64,000 bases of DNA from Hormiphora californensis (Eukaryota > Animalia > Ctenophora): NCBI GenBank assembly GCA_020137815.1, contig CM035360.1, forward strand, positions 3,968,001-4,032,000. The letters are read 5' to 3'. A program made the translations under genes and the position numbers. Shown here in pieces: positions 28,877 to 42,876 of this stretch. Below the pieces are notes generated by a model, which had not been told where the DNA came from, ran no database searches, and was given only the letters and a program-made list of their open reading frames with translations. Position 1 is the stretch's first letter. Each line of letters starts with the position of its first letter.

Positions 28877-30725
28877 CTCATCCCTTACTCAAAGATACGC
28901 CATTTAATATACGTACTAAAATACCCCATCGTATCTATATTGTAGAGGTATAGAGCATACATGCTACTGCAGTTATGGTAACCACTGCCTGGTATCCATT
29001 ATGGTATTGGTATAGCTGATAGATCTACTAAGATCTTGCTACGATACCGCACACACTATCTGACATATCTGATCCCTGATATACTATCACTATCAGAACT
29101 TATTGGGTAAATCAGGACCCTTCGTGGGAGGCGGTAAATGGGTGCCCCAACTTTAAAGCGTGCCCCTTTATATAATCAATGATGAGATCTTGTTCAGGAT
29201 TAAATATATGTGTGAGAGAGATAGTGAGATTAGCAGCCAGAGAAGATATTAAAAATCTTGTTCCTTTATATAGTGTACGATTTAAATTGTCAATAATTTA
29301 AGCTTTCGATAAATCTGCTCCATACTTGTCAGGTCAATGCTCTGACATGACAGCTCCATACTGGTTTCATTACCCTTTACACATTATCAATAAACCCAGA
29401 TATCCTAGAAAACTCTGATTCCGAGAGATTTCTGGAAGATTACTCAAGCATTACAGCTGATTAATCCGAGTTGTACGAGATTTATTTGGCATGCGTTGCA
29501 GGCCCCAGTGTGCACGACGCGGCCACTAAGCCACCTAATAATATACAGGGGACTGCAGCGTAGGCCAAGGGATTGGATATTCTTTGATCACTCATAGCTG
29601 CTTGTGGCCATGGCTTCAGATGAAGTATAATAGTTTTTGAAAGTCGGCGGGCTGTTTTACTTTTGATAAAAACATTGCACGATGGATTCCCATTTAAAAG
29701 TTGACTTCATCAATAATCGTTTGCACCGTTTTATAGTGTGTTCGTGATAGCTCGTTTGTGCGTACCGACTGCATAGACTGCAGGAGAGATAGCTCCTTTG
29801 AAGGAACAGCTGCACCGAACAGACCATGAGATATTACTGAAGTGATCAACCTGTTTTAACCTTGTGTAACAAGTTTAAACACAGCTCTGTACGACTCGCT
29901 CGCATGCTTGCATGCAAAAAATGAATGAGGCCTAAATTATAAAATATTCAACATGATGATACAGGTTTCAAACAGTGCCAATGACACTCCCTCCGTCACT
30001 AATCAACCGCGCTTGATCTCTCTATCCTCTCTTCCCTTCATCACTGTACCACCTCAGAACCCATAAAATTACAACTTAACACACAATATGCTGCTGGTGC
30101 AGAGAGAGATCAATCATCGACCTATTGACGTACATCATATGTGCTATCAGTCGACCTTATCATTATATATGTCTGCAGAGTGTGCAGTAGCTGCTGTGTG
30201 CCACGTTCTGTCTTCCCTCTCGTTCTTGTTCATTATTTATTTGGTTGGTTGATTGGTGAGAGCAGTTGGTGATGTTGTTGGCCTTGTTGAGGGCTAACGG
30301 TTGACCATGTAAAGCTTCCCATTTATGGGATTTGCCACCGCTGAAGAACTTGATTATCACGGGATGTCGAGTTGCCGTTCATTATTTGTATAATATCGTC
30401 CTCAGGAAACATTCCTGTGTTGACTGTAATTGGCTTATCTCGTTATCATTGAACAATTCATTGTGGGACCCGGGACCAGGAGGTCACGTTAGGACTGATC
30501 AGAGTATAAATTCTGGTGACTATTCGTGCCGTATTAGCCGAATTTTGTTCGGCTATATCTTTCTGCACATTCGATCCTCTCCACTACGATAGGATCAGCT
30601 ATCATGTGACGAGGTCAAATCTTTCTGGACAAGCCGCGGCAGCCGCTTTCATGGTTACAAATCATAGTTCATATATATGAATGATCATAGTTCATATATG
30701 ACAGGAGTTCAACCTTTGTTGGGAT

Positions 30726-31407
30726 GGGGGGTTCCCATGGTATACTTTGGTATACTTTGGCACTTTCCACAACTTTTTCAGCGATTTTCCATATACCAAA
30801 GTATACCAAAGTATACCAAAATATACCAAGGTATACCAAAGTATACCATAAAAATTTTGAAAAAGGTAAAATTTAAGCGATAAGATAAAATAATTGACTA
30901 AATTTGTAAAACTACATATAATATATATGCTTATTAAACTGATTTTTACGTATGTTACATCACCCGGCTAGTGCTCAAGGCTGGCCACTCAGTGGCCAGG
31001 GGTTCAATTCCCGGTTGAGGCAATTTTTGAAAAATTTTTAGAGACTTTACCAAATACTATTTGAACTTTTTCTTGACTTTTTAAAAAGTTTTTTATCGCA
31101 CTCAAATTAGTCCCAATGTGTCAAACCCCAGTTTTGTGACTCATCATTTCATAGGCAAAATAAGTTTCCTCGATTCTATGAAATTAGCCAATTTAGCCTA
31201 GTTAACATCAAGTTTATGAGTTAAGAAAGTTTATACAAACTGTTTTAAAGCCTTAATTATTGTAAATTAACACTTTAAAGTACGTAAAGCTATTAAAAAG
31301 ATATGGTATACTTTGGTATACTTTGGTACCTTCCACATATTTTTTTGGAATTTTCCATATGCCAAAGTATACCAAAGTATACCAAAGTATACCATGGGAA
31401 CCCCCCC
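30726..31407. mobile_element. MITE with poly-G/poly-C termini and 8-bp TSD
   Basis: G6-TTCCCATGGTATAC...GTATACCATGGGAA-C7. TSD GTTGGGAT (30718-30725 / 31408-31415). Subterminal TATACCAAAG 10-mers. Confidence 0.9.
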
Positions 31408-31583
31408 GTTGGGATACAAAACTCCTAGGTTAGGTTTAATGTACTAGTTGATTGTTTTTACATTCCAATACTTCTACATCTCACTGCTGATCAGCTACTA
31501 AACAAAACCAATCAATTTCTTGATGTGCATCATTGCATATATCCACGAGGTTTCACACATAACTTTCTCTCTGCCTCCCTCTT

Positions 31584-31763
<180 letters not shown>

Positions 31764-32008
31764 TCTCTCTCTCTCACATGACCACCCATCGTGCCGTGGT
31801 TGACATGGCGACGACAAAGCTGTACTAGGCACGTTGCGTACTTAACAACCATACAAGCTCAACTGAAAGCACTACTTTTTCTTCTGAATCGCTAGGGGAC
31901 TTTTCTCTTTGCCTGATATGACATATTATTTTTTTTGATGCCAGCAGTGTTTTGTTCGTTCTCTCTCAACAGGTAACACGTTATGAATTCTGTAAACCAT
32001 AATTTATA

Positions 32009-32069
32009 CTGTATGGCGGCGCCATACCCCATTTGACAGTGCGCTCAGATGGGTCACGGCGCCAGACAG
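32009..32069 (+). mobile_element. 61-bp micro-MITE, family B
   Basis: CTGTATGGCG...CGCCAGACAG. TSD AATTTATA / AATTTACA (7/8). Confidence 0.7.
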
Positions 32070-32659
32070 AATTTACACAAGCTATTTTAATACACATGAA
32101 ATAGTGTAAGAAGCCAAAATATAAGTTACTTTTTGAAAATGTCTCGAAAAAAGGCTACAGTCTGGTCTGAGACGAGTATAGTAGTATTTCTTTGAACCTA
32201 AATTGTAGCTTAAAATATTATTCGACCACACCTATGACTATGATCTTTTAGTTGAGCTGCATAATACATTTCGTAAATCTGCTTCATATTTCAAAGACTT
32301 TGCAATATCTATTCTACTGATGTTGATGAAGCCTATAAGCCTATATATATAAGGTGCTATTTTCACGTTGCAGACGCCCTCTAGTTTGTCTTCCGTGCCC
32401 AAATGTGAAAGGAGAGTTACAAAACGTTTTTAAGTGTTCGTCGAAGAGCCCCAGGTTAGATTTCTCTTCCATTGGGAGAGTCCCAAAATCTAAATTTCAG
32501 TCCGATAATTCCCTGCCCATTTGATATCTGATAATAGTTAGACGCATTACCGCGACAGGACGATGTGTGTGTGTAATATTCCAAGAGAAGCAGCCAGCAC
32601 ACACACACGACTCATATAATACCTTGAGGGAGGTGTTGAAAACTCTCAGTTATCACATG

Positions 32660-32760
32660 ACGGCTGATTCTCCCCTCTGATTGGCTGTCAGCATGTCACG
32701 TGACCAAAATGGAGAGTTCTCATTGGTTCTCTCGGAGTAACGTCATAGGGGCACGTGGGT
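32660..32760 (+). promoter_or_regulatory. putative proximal promoter
   Basis: Two ATTGG (reverse CCAAT) boxes, two CACGTG E-boxes and an ACGTCA half-CRE lie within 100 bp, about 110 bp upstream of ATG 32873. Confidence 0.45.
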
Positions 32761-32872
32761 GGTTAAAATAACCGTCTTTAGAACACTCTCAAGTATCCCA
32801 ACTAAAGTGTCTCTCTCCTTTTACTGAAGTTTTGTTTTGGTATTGCTGGGTGCAATTAGTGTGTGCCACTCA

Positions 32873-33198
32873 ATGTCGAGCCATCATAAAAGGCACTCAT
32901 CGGTGATTGTCAACAAATGTAGCACCCTTGCCCCCGTGTCTGGTTCCTTGGCAACCACTTCCAGGAACTCTGCCGACTCCCTCCTTCACCCTCGGAAGAG
33001 TTTCTCGCTGGACAGGAACGACCACCACAACCATCAAGCAACCACATCCTCTTCTGCTACCTTTGATTTCAAGAGGAAGTTATCACTGTCCATGAGGAAG
33101 TCGGAGAAGAGACCCCTGCCGCCCCTTCCCCCAGATTTCTATAACACCCAGCCTGGATCCACGGCTACTTTGGGGAGAATTCGGGCTACTGATCCTAG
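32873..33198 (+). CDS. probable first coding exon of a signalling/adaptor protein; downstream exons not identified
   Basis: MSSHHKRHSS...RKSFSLD...KRKLSLS...RPLPPLPPDFY. Ends at AG|GTTTGT. Higher GC than the flanks. Confidence 0.5.
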
Positions 33199-35066
33199 GT
33201 TTGTTATGTTCTAACCCTCCATTACCCTCTCTCGCCGTTGCAGGTCGCGGAGAGAGGGTCGAACAAGGCAAATCCTAGCTATTGCGCATGACGTAGGTAC
33301 TGTTTGAGTTGTACGTGGCGTCAAATGAATGAGTTGTGTGCTTCCTAAAACATTTACCGTTAAGTTATGAGAATTATTAGAATTAGAATTAGAATTAGAG
33401 TCAAATTATGAGGTATAGTTATGATGCAATGGGTTCTTTATTCTTGAGAACTTACCTAATTTTATAAAAGCTTATATGGGCTTCTAGGCTTTTAATGCGA
33501 ATACATTTGAATATATGTAAGCTTTATCGAGGATGAGAAAAAACCATCACCATTGTTCTCCAGCAACCCAAAGAACTAAATTGGTTGGTCGACAAAAAAT
33601 ACACCGTCTGTGCAGTATTATAGTGGTCTGTTTTTGTTATGCTCTAACCCTCCTCCGGAGCGCACGGAAAGAGGATCGAGCAAGGCAAATCCGATTGACA
33701 TTATTGGTGCATATTATTGCCGTATTTCGTTTGGTAAATCGATCTGCTTTATATCCGCGTGTTATTGTGATGGTCAGTATCCCTAATTGCAGTACAAGCT
33801 GAAATCGACACCATTTCCGTCCCAAATTATTATCCAAAACGAAATAAATCTTGCAGAATGAGCTTTAAAAAAGAAACATATTTTATAAATCTGCCTTTTA
33901 CGTAAAAAATCTCACCTGCCACAGTGATATCCATAAAACGACAAATCATTTTAAGCTTAGATTCTTAGTACGTGTACTCTCGAGCTATGTATAAATTGAA
34001 CGTCAAACGGGTCGTTCGTCTTTTTATTTTCCCAAGTACCATCTTCTTATATATTCAGTCCTTTGGCTATAGATCGCTACAGTGGTGCTTGTAGTGGAGA
34101 TACCGTAATGGCGGATACCGTATTGGCGTGGACTTTGCGTAAAACGCGAGTGATTTTGTCAGCACTTCATAGCGTGTTGATTGGCCGCGGTTTCACGTCT
34201 TCTTACCCAAACGGTTTTTCATTACCGTTTTCCACTACACAGTATAGTAATCAGCTATATGTAGTTTCGAGATCTGCTAAGTGCACTAAGAAACGTTAGC
34301 TTACTACATACTTAGTTTTTGTTGGGTATTATATACATGTATCGTTCCATTATTAATAAACCTTTTAACTTGCTTGGGAGAGATAGAGAGATAGATAGAG
34401 CGAGAAACTAGAGAAGGAGGGGAGGGAGGTACTTTCTCAAACCTACTTACAGTATAGAAATCGAGACAAATATAATAGAGACTAGAACTTTCAGATTGGT
34501 ACTGTTTTAGTATCTCTCAAAACACCAATTGACTAGCAAATAGTTTTCAACGAACATTTGTACACCTATGAGGCTTTCTTCTACTACTCTATTATTGTTG
34601 CGGTTCTCGCACCCGAATCATAGACTAATTGTGAATACACATTGTAAATACTTAGTACGCTTGAACACATTTATAAATTTAGCTTGCAGTTTTTAACAAT
34701 GATCCTACATGATGGCAGATACTCATTTCTCACGAAGATCGACTCTCTCACAACATTGCATTGATCGTGCTGCACAATTATTGTACTATTTCAATTAAAT
34801 GTAACGCACTTTGTTCTCTCAGCAGCAGCTGAGTAGCTGTAACATGAGGTGTGGTCATGATTTTGAGATTGGTGTATAATATGAGAGTAGTTGAGCTGTG
34901 AGAGAGAGAGTAGGCCATATTGTGAGAGAGATGTTGACAGAGGGAGAAAGATCTCTCTCGCATGTGTAGACTGTTGCTTAATTTGCTGATGAGAGAAAGA
35001 AAGAGAGGGTGTTTGAGTAATAGTGAGAGAGATAGAGTGAGGGATACTAAGAGAAATAAAAGAGAG

Positions 35067-35130
<64 letters not shown>

Positions 35131-35803
35131 AGAGGGAGGTGAGAGAGCACACTCTCTAGTTTCGACTCGTTTTCAAATACTTTTAGTTCACTATTCGTTT
35201 GTCACGCTCAACAAGCTACCACATTGGATACCAGTGTCCAGCGTCCAGTATGCTTATTATACTATAGTGTAGTTTGTACCCAACCCTTCTCTGAATTTCA
35301 AAGTGAAAAAGAGTGGGATACAAATGAAATTCAATTTTTCAAACTATTATTCCTTGAACTCTTTGAACCATTCAAGAGATAAGACTTTGGCCAGGTAGAG
35401 CAGAAGAAGGTAGAGCAGAAGCGGAATCTTGAAAGTGAAAGCCATGTTTCGAAACAAGAAAGATCAGCCATCTTTCGAGACAAGAAGAGTCCTAGAAGAG
35501 TATGTGTGTGAGTCAGGAGAGTTAAGACAGATAAAAAGATATTGTTAGTAAATGACGTTAATGACCAATGTGTGTACGGTCTCTTCTTGATACTATACAT
35601 CTAACTTTATATACATGTTTCTGTTGTACTTACTCTCTTTTATTCTCTCTTCCTCTCTCTCTCCTCTCTCTCCTCTCTCTCTTCTCTTCTCTTCTCCCCT
35701 AAAAGGATGTGTGTGGGCATGCATTCAGATCAGGGTAGCTGACAGATTGAAAAGAGCGCACAACAAAGCCCAGAAACACGTGGGAGAGATAGAGAGAGAG
35801 AGG

Positions 35804-35847
<44 letters not shown>

Positions 35848-35865
35848 GAGAGAGAGAGAGAAAGA

Positions 35866-35926
<61 letters not shown>

Positions 35927-36414
35927 AAGAGAGAGAGGAGAGAGAGGAGTGAGAAAGAGGGAGATGGGGAGAGAGAGAGGAGTGAGAAAGAGGGAGAAAG
36001 ATCGAGAGAGAGAGAGGAGTGAGAAAGAGGGAGATGGGGAGAGAGAGAGGAGTGAGAAAGAGGGAGAAAGATCGAGAGACAGAGATAGTCGGAGATAGAG
36101 AGATCAGGGTGAGAGAGACCTCACTCTGAGACATCAGACATTCACATTATTTCACAGCCGCTCTCCTTGACTCATAATTTTGGACCGAAACCATTTTTTA
36201 CTAAGCAGCCTTGAAAGTTTCAAGATCCATTTTGCCTCTTGATAAAAACTGTCCCCCTTGTCAACACCCCCCCCCCTAAATGATTTTATCACAAATACAA
36301 AGCTCCATATTTTAAGTATAGTAGCTGCAGAGCTGGTGTACTAAACTAGCAGATGAGCCGACGTACAGTTCAGTAATAATCATTTAGACGTTAGTGGAGA
36401 GAGTGGAGAGAGAG

Positions 36415-36448
<34 letters not shown>

Positions 36449-38242
36449 GATGAGGAGAGAGAGAGAGAGAGCGTAAATTATGAAGACACATAACATGTTT
36501 CAGTGTTTCTAACATGAAACTCCCTCAGATGAACAAACGAAGGGTACTGTAACACGGTACAGGGGATAACAGTAACGAAGACAACTGATAAGTTCCTACC
36601 CAAATTATCATGAGGGATGTGATGTTATGGGGAACGTGGTTATATTAATTATAGTGCTGGATCGGATTGGGGGGATACCCCAGCTGTACTGTATAAGTTA
36701 TAACTGGCTGTGAGGGTATATACTGTATTGTGGGGATAATATAAGGACAGTGGTGTATTATTTGGGCTAGGAATAGCGTTATTATATATGGGACTGGGAT
36801 CAATTGACTTGTAGTTGTAATATTATCGAGTTAAGGAATAATTGTATTTAAGAGAAATAGTGATGGTAATATTAATTATTAATTCTCCTTAATTAATTAA
36901 TTATTATGCTACCGTCTCTGTGTATAGAAACTCTTTAATTATTTGTAATGGGATTTTGAGTCTATACTGTATTTATGAGAGATAAGAATATAATGCTCTA
37001 TATTTAGCACACACTTGTATTCAAAGTAAAATCCAACCAATACAACATTAGCCCTCTCTATAAAAACTTCTCTGTGCACTCTCTAAAATATATTATGTTG
37101 GGATCGAATTGGAAAACCCATGTAATATATTGTTGTTTGGGTTTTACTTTACTTATTATCAGGCTTTATACTTGCCCGAGCAATCATGCAACCTTGTCAA
37201 GATTATTCCTGACTTTTTAACCCAGCTGAGAAGTTTCTGGATCGATGAAGAAGTTTTCTTATTATAGTTAGACGATCTAGGTTCTTTTTTGGGAGTCCTG
37301 CAGGGCCAATCTTGACAAGGACTTGTGTGCATTTTACATGTTTGCAGCGTTTCTGTACTTTTTCTGTGTAAACACTTGTACTGTTTCTATATTCCCACGT
37401 TAGTTGACACCGATATGTATTTAACGAGATTGAGGGAGAGAGAAAATGAGAGAATGTGTGCTGAGAGAGCGAAGTCCCTTGAATGCTTATATCTATTTGT
37501 GCAGGCCGCTTCATCTATGCCCTCATTTTCAATGTATGTAGTGTAAGATACTTAATTTCACTCTTTTAAATCACAGCTGTCTCTATTTGAACGTAATTCC
37601 TGGTGGTCGAATCATAACTTATTGAATATGACTTGGAAATGGGTAACACATTCGGTCACGGGATCCCTTTCCAGCGCGTCAATTCCATGCCTGGTCCATG
37701 CTATGAAGTCGAGTGCTGACGGCGCGTACTTACATCTCCTGATGTCACCGCGCGCGACGCAATGAAACACTGAAAGTGGGACAGTGTGGCAAAATGCCGC
37801 TCATCCAGTGCCGCTGTTAGTGGTTCGAGGTTTCTATAACTTCCCCCTATAATTTCCCCGACCTCCAGGTTCCGAATATTGAATAACAAGGTTCCGGATA
37901 ACAATAAACCAAGATAATCATTCCCGGATATTTAGTGTCAGGGCTGCTAAAATCTCAAAAACCGTACATCATTTTCATTATCAAAAAGGCACACATCCAC
38001 CACCAATTCCAACTGGCATGGGTAATCCAGAATGTTCTTCGACAACGGTCGAGTCTAGACATCGTTCTTTCAGGGTGTGCGGACTCTAGTGCTACACTCT
38101 AAGTCTACAATGGACTCTATATCTAAATTTAGATTTAGATAAAGAGTCCAAATAAGTCTAAAATCTAGGAGGACTCTTTATCTAAAAAGTCTACACAGGG
38201 CGGACTCTTTATCTAAAAAGTCTAAACAAAGTGGACTCTATA

Positions 38243-39802
38243 CAAGGTGGCCCATAAATTATGATAGCGGGGGACGAGCTGTACCTCCCAAACGGTGATA
38301 GTTGTGTAAAAACAAACTACGGGAACATGCTGGAACAATTCCTGGACGGCTTTTTGCAAATTATGAAATTTTTATTCAAAAGTTCATTTTTCATTCATGA
38401 ACTTTCTTCACGTTCATTAATGAACTAAGGACTCTAATTTACCGAGAGTGCGGCATTTTGTTTGGGTTGAATTTATCTTTCCAATGAGCACCATAAAAAT
38501 CAAATTGAAGCACCAGGTCACATGGCAGTTGAGAAAATGCACATGCATGATTTTGGCTGTTCCTGCGACTGTCGAGCGGCTGTATCCATGATACCATTTT
38601 GTTCAATCTTTTTGAAACTTTGGGTGAACATTAGCTTTGATAAGATCTTTGTTCACAAGAAAAATCAAGGTCAAAACTCAAAGTTCATTTTTAAGTGTTG
38701 GCAGTTCATTCCACTCATTCAAGAACCAACATCCCCAAAGTGATGAAAAGTGATGGTTTTTGTTTGGCCCATACCCTGCATCGATAGAGATGTGTAAAAA
38801 TACGTTTCCGGGCTAGTTAGTGGGTGTCCATGTGATCATGATGATATCTGACACCTTTTCTGAGCCATAATTAAGGTATTTTCTCAAATTCAAGCATGTG
38901 ATTTGAGTTTTGCGATTGGTATCGTGCCACAATGTTGAAAGATCTCATAGCACCTCAAAAATGATGATTAGTTCAATGACAGGAGTTGATTTATGATAGA
39001 AAAGATTTAAACAGACGTCAAAATGAACTAAAAGATAATTTAAGATCATAAATCAACTCATTTCGTTGAACTAATCATCATGTTTGAGGTGCTATGAGAT
39101 CTCTTAACTTTGCTGCACGATACCAATCGCAGAAAACTCAAATCACATGCTTGAATTTGAGAAAATCCCTTAATTATGGCTCAGAAAAGGTGTCAGATAT
39201 CATCATGATCACATGGACACCCACTAACTAGCCCGGAAACATATTTTCACACCTCTCTATCATTGCAGGGTATGGGCCAAACAATAACTATCACTTTTCA
39301 TCACTTTAGGGATGTTGGTTCCTGAATGAGTGGAATGAACTGCCAACACTTAAAAATGAACTTTGAGTTTTGACCTTGATTTTTCTTGTGAACAAAGATC
39401 TTATCAAAGCTAATGTTCACCCAAAGTTTCAAAAAGATTGAACAAAATGGTATCATGGATACAGCCGCTCGACAGTCGCAGGAACAGCCAAAATCATGCA
39501 TGTGCATTTTCTCAACTGCCATGTGACCTGGTGCTTCAATTTGATTTTTATGGTGCTCATTGGAAAGATAAATTCAACCCAAACAAAATGCCGCACTCTC
39601 GGTAAATTAGAGTCCTTAGTTCATTAATGAACGTGAAGAAAGTTCATGAATGAAAAATGAACTTTTGAATAAAATTTTCATAATTTGCAAAAAGCCGTCC
39701 AGGAATTGTTCCAGCATGTTCCCGTAGTTTGTTTTTACACAACTATCACCGTTTGGGAGACACAGCTCGTCCCCCGCTATCATAATTTATGGGCCACCTA
39801 CA
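38243..39802. mobile_element. Tc1/mariner-like foldback element nested in the MULE
   Basis: Near-perfect inverted arms of about 750 bp starting AGGTGGCCCATAAATTATG, with TA flanks. Explains the mirrored ORFs 38522..38743 and 39301..39522. Confidence 0.85.
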
Positions 39803-39930
39803 TAAATCTAAATTAGATATAGAGTCCGCCTTTCGCCGCGAACTCGAGATTTCGGCCGTTAGGCCGGAAACGAGAGTTTGCTCTACCCCTATACTAATTT
39901 AGAAGTGTTAGGGCCGTTATTTGGGTTCGA

Positions 39931-39978
39931 GGTTAGGATTAGGGTTAGGGTTAGGGTTAGGTTTTGGGTTGGGTTAGG
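39931..39978 (+). repeat. interstitial TTAGGG telomere-like repeats inside the MULE
   Basis: GGTTAGGATTAGGGTTAGGGTTAGGGTTAGGTTTTGGGTTGGGTTAGG. Confidence 0.8.
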
Positions 39979-40238
39979 ATTTTAGACATAGAGTCCGGGT
40001 TGGAGGATTTGGCGCCAAAATGTACTAGAGGACTCTATATCTAAAAATTCTACACAGGGCGGACACTTTATCTAAAAAGTCTACACAGGGAGGACTCTTT
40101 ATCTAAACTTTTTTCAAAATCTAACCGTAGATAAAGAGTCCGTTTTTAGATATAGAGTCCGCCTTGGATTTAGATAAAGAGTCCGTTAGCACTAGAGTCC
40201 GCCCACCTTCTTTCAGACGTTGTCTACACGTTGTTTAA

Positions 40239-41046
40239 GGGATGATCGTAGAGACATGTGACCAAGCTTAATCGATTCAGAAGGTCCGATTTTGGGGGGG
40301 TCTTCTGAGAGACATTTTGCTCCTACTCCAACCGTTTTTGCTGTAATTGCAAAAAACCAATTCTATGAAAAGGGGGAACAACTCTATTCCAGTAGCCTGC
40401 TTCGGGCTGATTTCCCCCTTACTTGCTGATACCTTTTTCGCAATTACAGCAAAAACGGTTGGAGTAGGAGCAAAATGTCTCTCAGAAGACTCCCCCAAAA
40501 TCGGACCTTCTGAATCGATTAAGCTTGGTCGCAGGTCTCTACGATCATCCGTTTTTGAGATACAGGGAATTCCCCTCTTTTTCAAAAAGACGGGTTTCAC
40601 AAAACAAGCTCTGTACACCACATCTTTGGCAGGAAAGTTCCAAAAATTTTGGGCCACATAGATAATCGTTTTGAGCAACTACTTCCAGATTTTCATCTCT
40701 AATGAAGCATGGGAACATTCTCAGCCAGCGTGTCAAAGAAGCAAAAAAGTAAACCGTTCTCATGGCCAGAAATAAGCTCCATTTCAAAAATCCTTCTTTG
40801 GGCTTATTCACCTTTACATTCTCTTCAAATTCCAAGAATTTAATGTTTCTATCTCAAAAAAAGTGGTCCTGAGGTTAAAAAATCCAACAAAATTTGAATA
40901 AACGCCACTTTGAAAATAGGCTGTAGCAAAAATATGAATTCGACTTTAGGGCTAAAATTGCATATTTGTGGTCCATTTTGTATGGCCTAAACCCTGGTGA
41001 AGTCATTTGGTTGGGCACTCGATGATGAAAAACGCCAGGTGTACCC
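40239..41046. mobile_element. TTAA-flanked element (Kolobok-like) with an internal inverted repeat
   Basis: TTAA|GGG...CCC|TTAA. Inverted repeat at 40240-40356 / 40433-40550. It interrupts an older ACCGTCT/AGACG-rich repeat. Confidence 0.55.
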
Positions 41047-41455
41047 TTAAACGGTATTCGTATCGAAATCGCTGGAGAAGTTGTCTAGATGTTATTTGAA
41101 AATTGAAACTGAATCGCGAGATTTTGCTTAGACGTTGCTTAGACGGTATGTTTACCGGTTTCAGTAGAGAAGTTGTTTATACGGTACGTTCATCAATTTT
41201 CCTTTAGACTGCGTTTAAACGTACTTTTAGAACTCCGTCTGAGTTACAGACGGGGTTGTAAAAATCCGCCTCAACGTCTGGTACAATTTTCAGACGTGCC
41301 GTCTCAACTTTGAGACGACACCGTCTATTATACACCGTCTAGACACCGTCTAGAGACCGTCTGATACCGTTGCAACACCGTCTGATACCGTCTATAACCC
41401 GTCTCAAGCTTGATCAAGCACCTTTTTACAGTTTACTCCGTTTCAAGCAATTTTG

Positions 41456-41680
41456 ACTGAATGGCATCCCATTAATGGGATCCCATCAACAGTAAAACTC
41501 TAACTGATAATGGACCACAGTGATGGTTCTTTCTCTGTATTCTCTCTGTAGGCAGTACATTGGGAATGCCCGGGCGCGGCGTGCACACAGAGAGAATACA
41601 GAGAAAGAACCATCACTGTGGTTCATTATCAGTTAGAGTTTTACTGTTGATGGGATCCCATTAATGGGATGCCTTTCAGT
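41456..41680. mobile_element. hairpin MITE
   Basis: Near-perfect inverted arms of about 95 bp around a GC-rich spacer. Confidence 0.75.
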
Positions 41681-42073
41681 TAGAGTTTCCCCAAAACCGT
41701 CTAGCCGTATACGTTAGAACGCTAGACGGGCGTTGCTACCCACCCGTCAGACGCCTGAGCGGCCAAAGGAACCAAATGCCCTTCCTTGGTATGAAGGGAG
41801 TTCCTGGTATGAAACCATAATGGGATTGCATGTTGAGTCCACAGAGTTGGTTAAGATAGAACTACTAAAAGGCAGTAAATCATAACATGATTGATGGATT
41901 GGGATACCGACAGAAAAAGAGAGAGACTTACAGATTATTCGAGAGATAAACAGAGAGAGGAGAAATAAGAGAGAGGATGGAACGAGAGAAAAGAGAGAGA
42001 GAGACAGGAGAGACGGAGGAAAGAGGAGAGAGAGAGAGAGGAGGAGAGCGGAGGAGAGGAGGGAGAGAGAGAC

Positions 42074-42141
<68 letters not shown>

Positions 42142-42876
42142 CTGAGATAGTCTAGTGGGATACCGACAGGAGATATTCAGGTAGATCATATTAACTGCTG
42201 CCACGTCACAGCTTTTGAGTGATGGGCAGCTATTGTCCGTTAGGTCCTACATTGTCCTGTGTGTTGTTAGGTCTGTGAACACTAAGGCACGTGCAAATGG
42301 CAATCAAGTGGACGCGGTGCACCCCAACTCGACTATCTCTCCCTTCCCTGCAGAGACGGATGGAGTGCCTATATTTCTCTCTCTCTCTGATCCCTCTCGG
42401 GGGAGCTCTCTTTTTCTCTCTCTTCTTTCTTTACGGACACGGCTCGCCGTAGAATATTCCTGACAAGGCCAATGGTTCATTGACATGAATCACGTCCCAG
42501 CCTCATTCATTGAGCAGCAGGGAACAGCCGGTCGTATATTCACAGAAAATTCGGTAGACATTTAGGGCATGTCAATGAAGGGCGACCATGCAATATGCAT
42601 TCCATCAAGTCGAGAAAGATCTCTTTGACATTCCTCATTACTTTGCGTGCTAAAGGTGTTAAAGGTGTCTGGTGTGCTAAAGGTTTTTACCAGAATACCC
42701 TCCCTCCATTTTCTTTGTGAATCAACACAGTTCGGTGTATCATTATATTCTTGTACGGAGGGCGTGTGTGTGTGTTGATCACCAGAAGGAGATATCAAAA
42801 TTACTTCCTCTATCACATGGTGTCTAGCTAAGGGCATGTGCTTGAATATAGTGTGAAGAAATGCGATCTGTACAGG

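Larger units (their letters stand above)
38074..40207. mobile_element. MULE-like non-autonomous element
   Basis: TIRs GGTG(T/G)GCGGACTCTAGTGCTA. 9-bp TSD TTCTTTCAG (38065-38073 / 40208-40216). Many GGACTCTWTATCTAAA subterminal motifs. Confidence 0.85.

Noticed and set aside
38522-39522. Pair of near-identical 73-aa ORFs on opposite strands
   Set aside because: They are mirror images from the foldback arms and have no transposase motifs.
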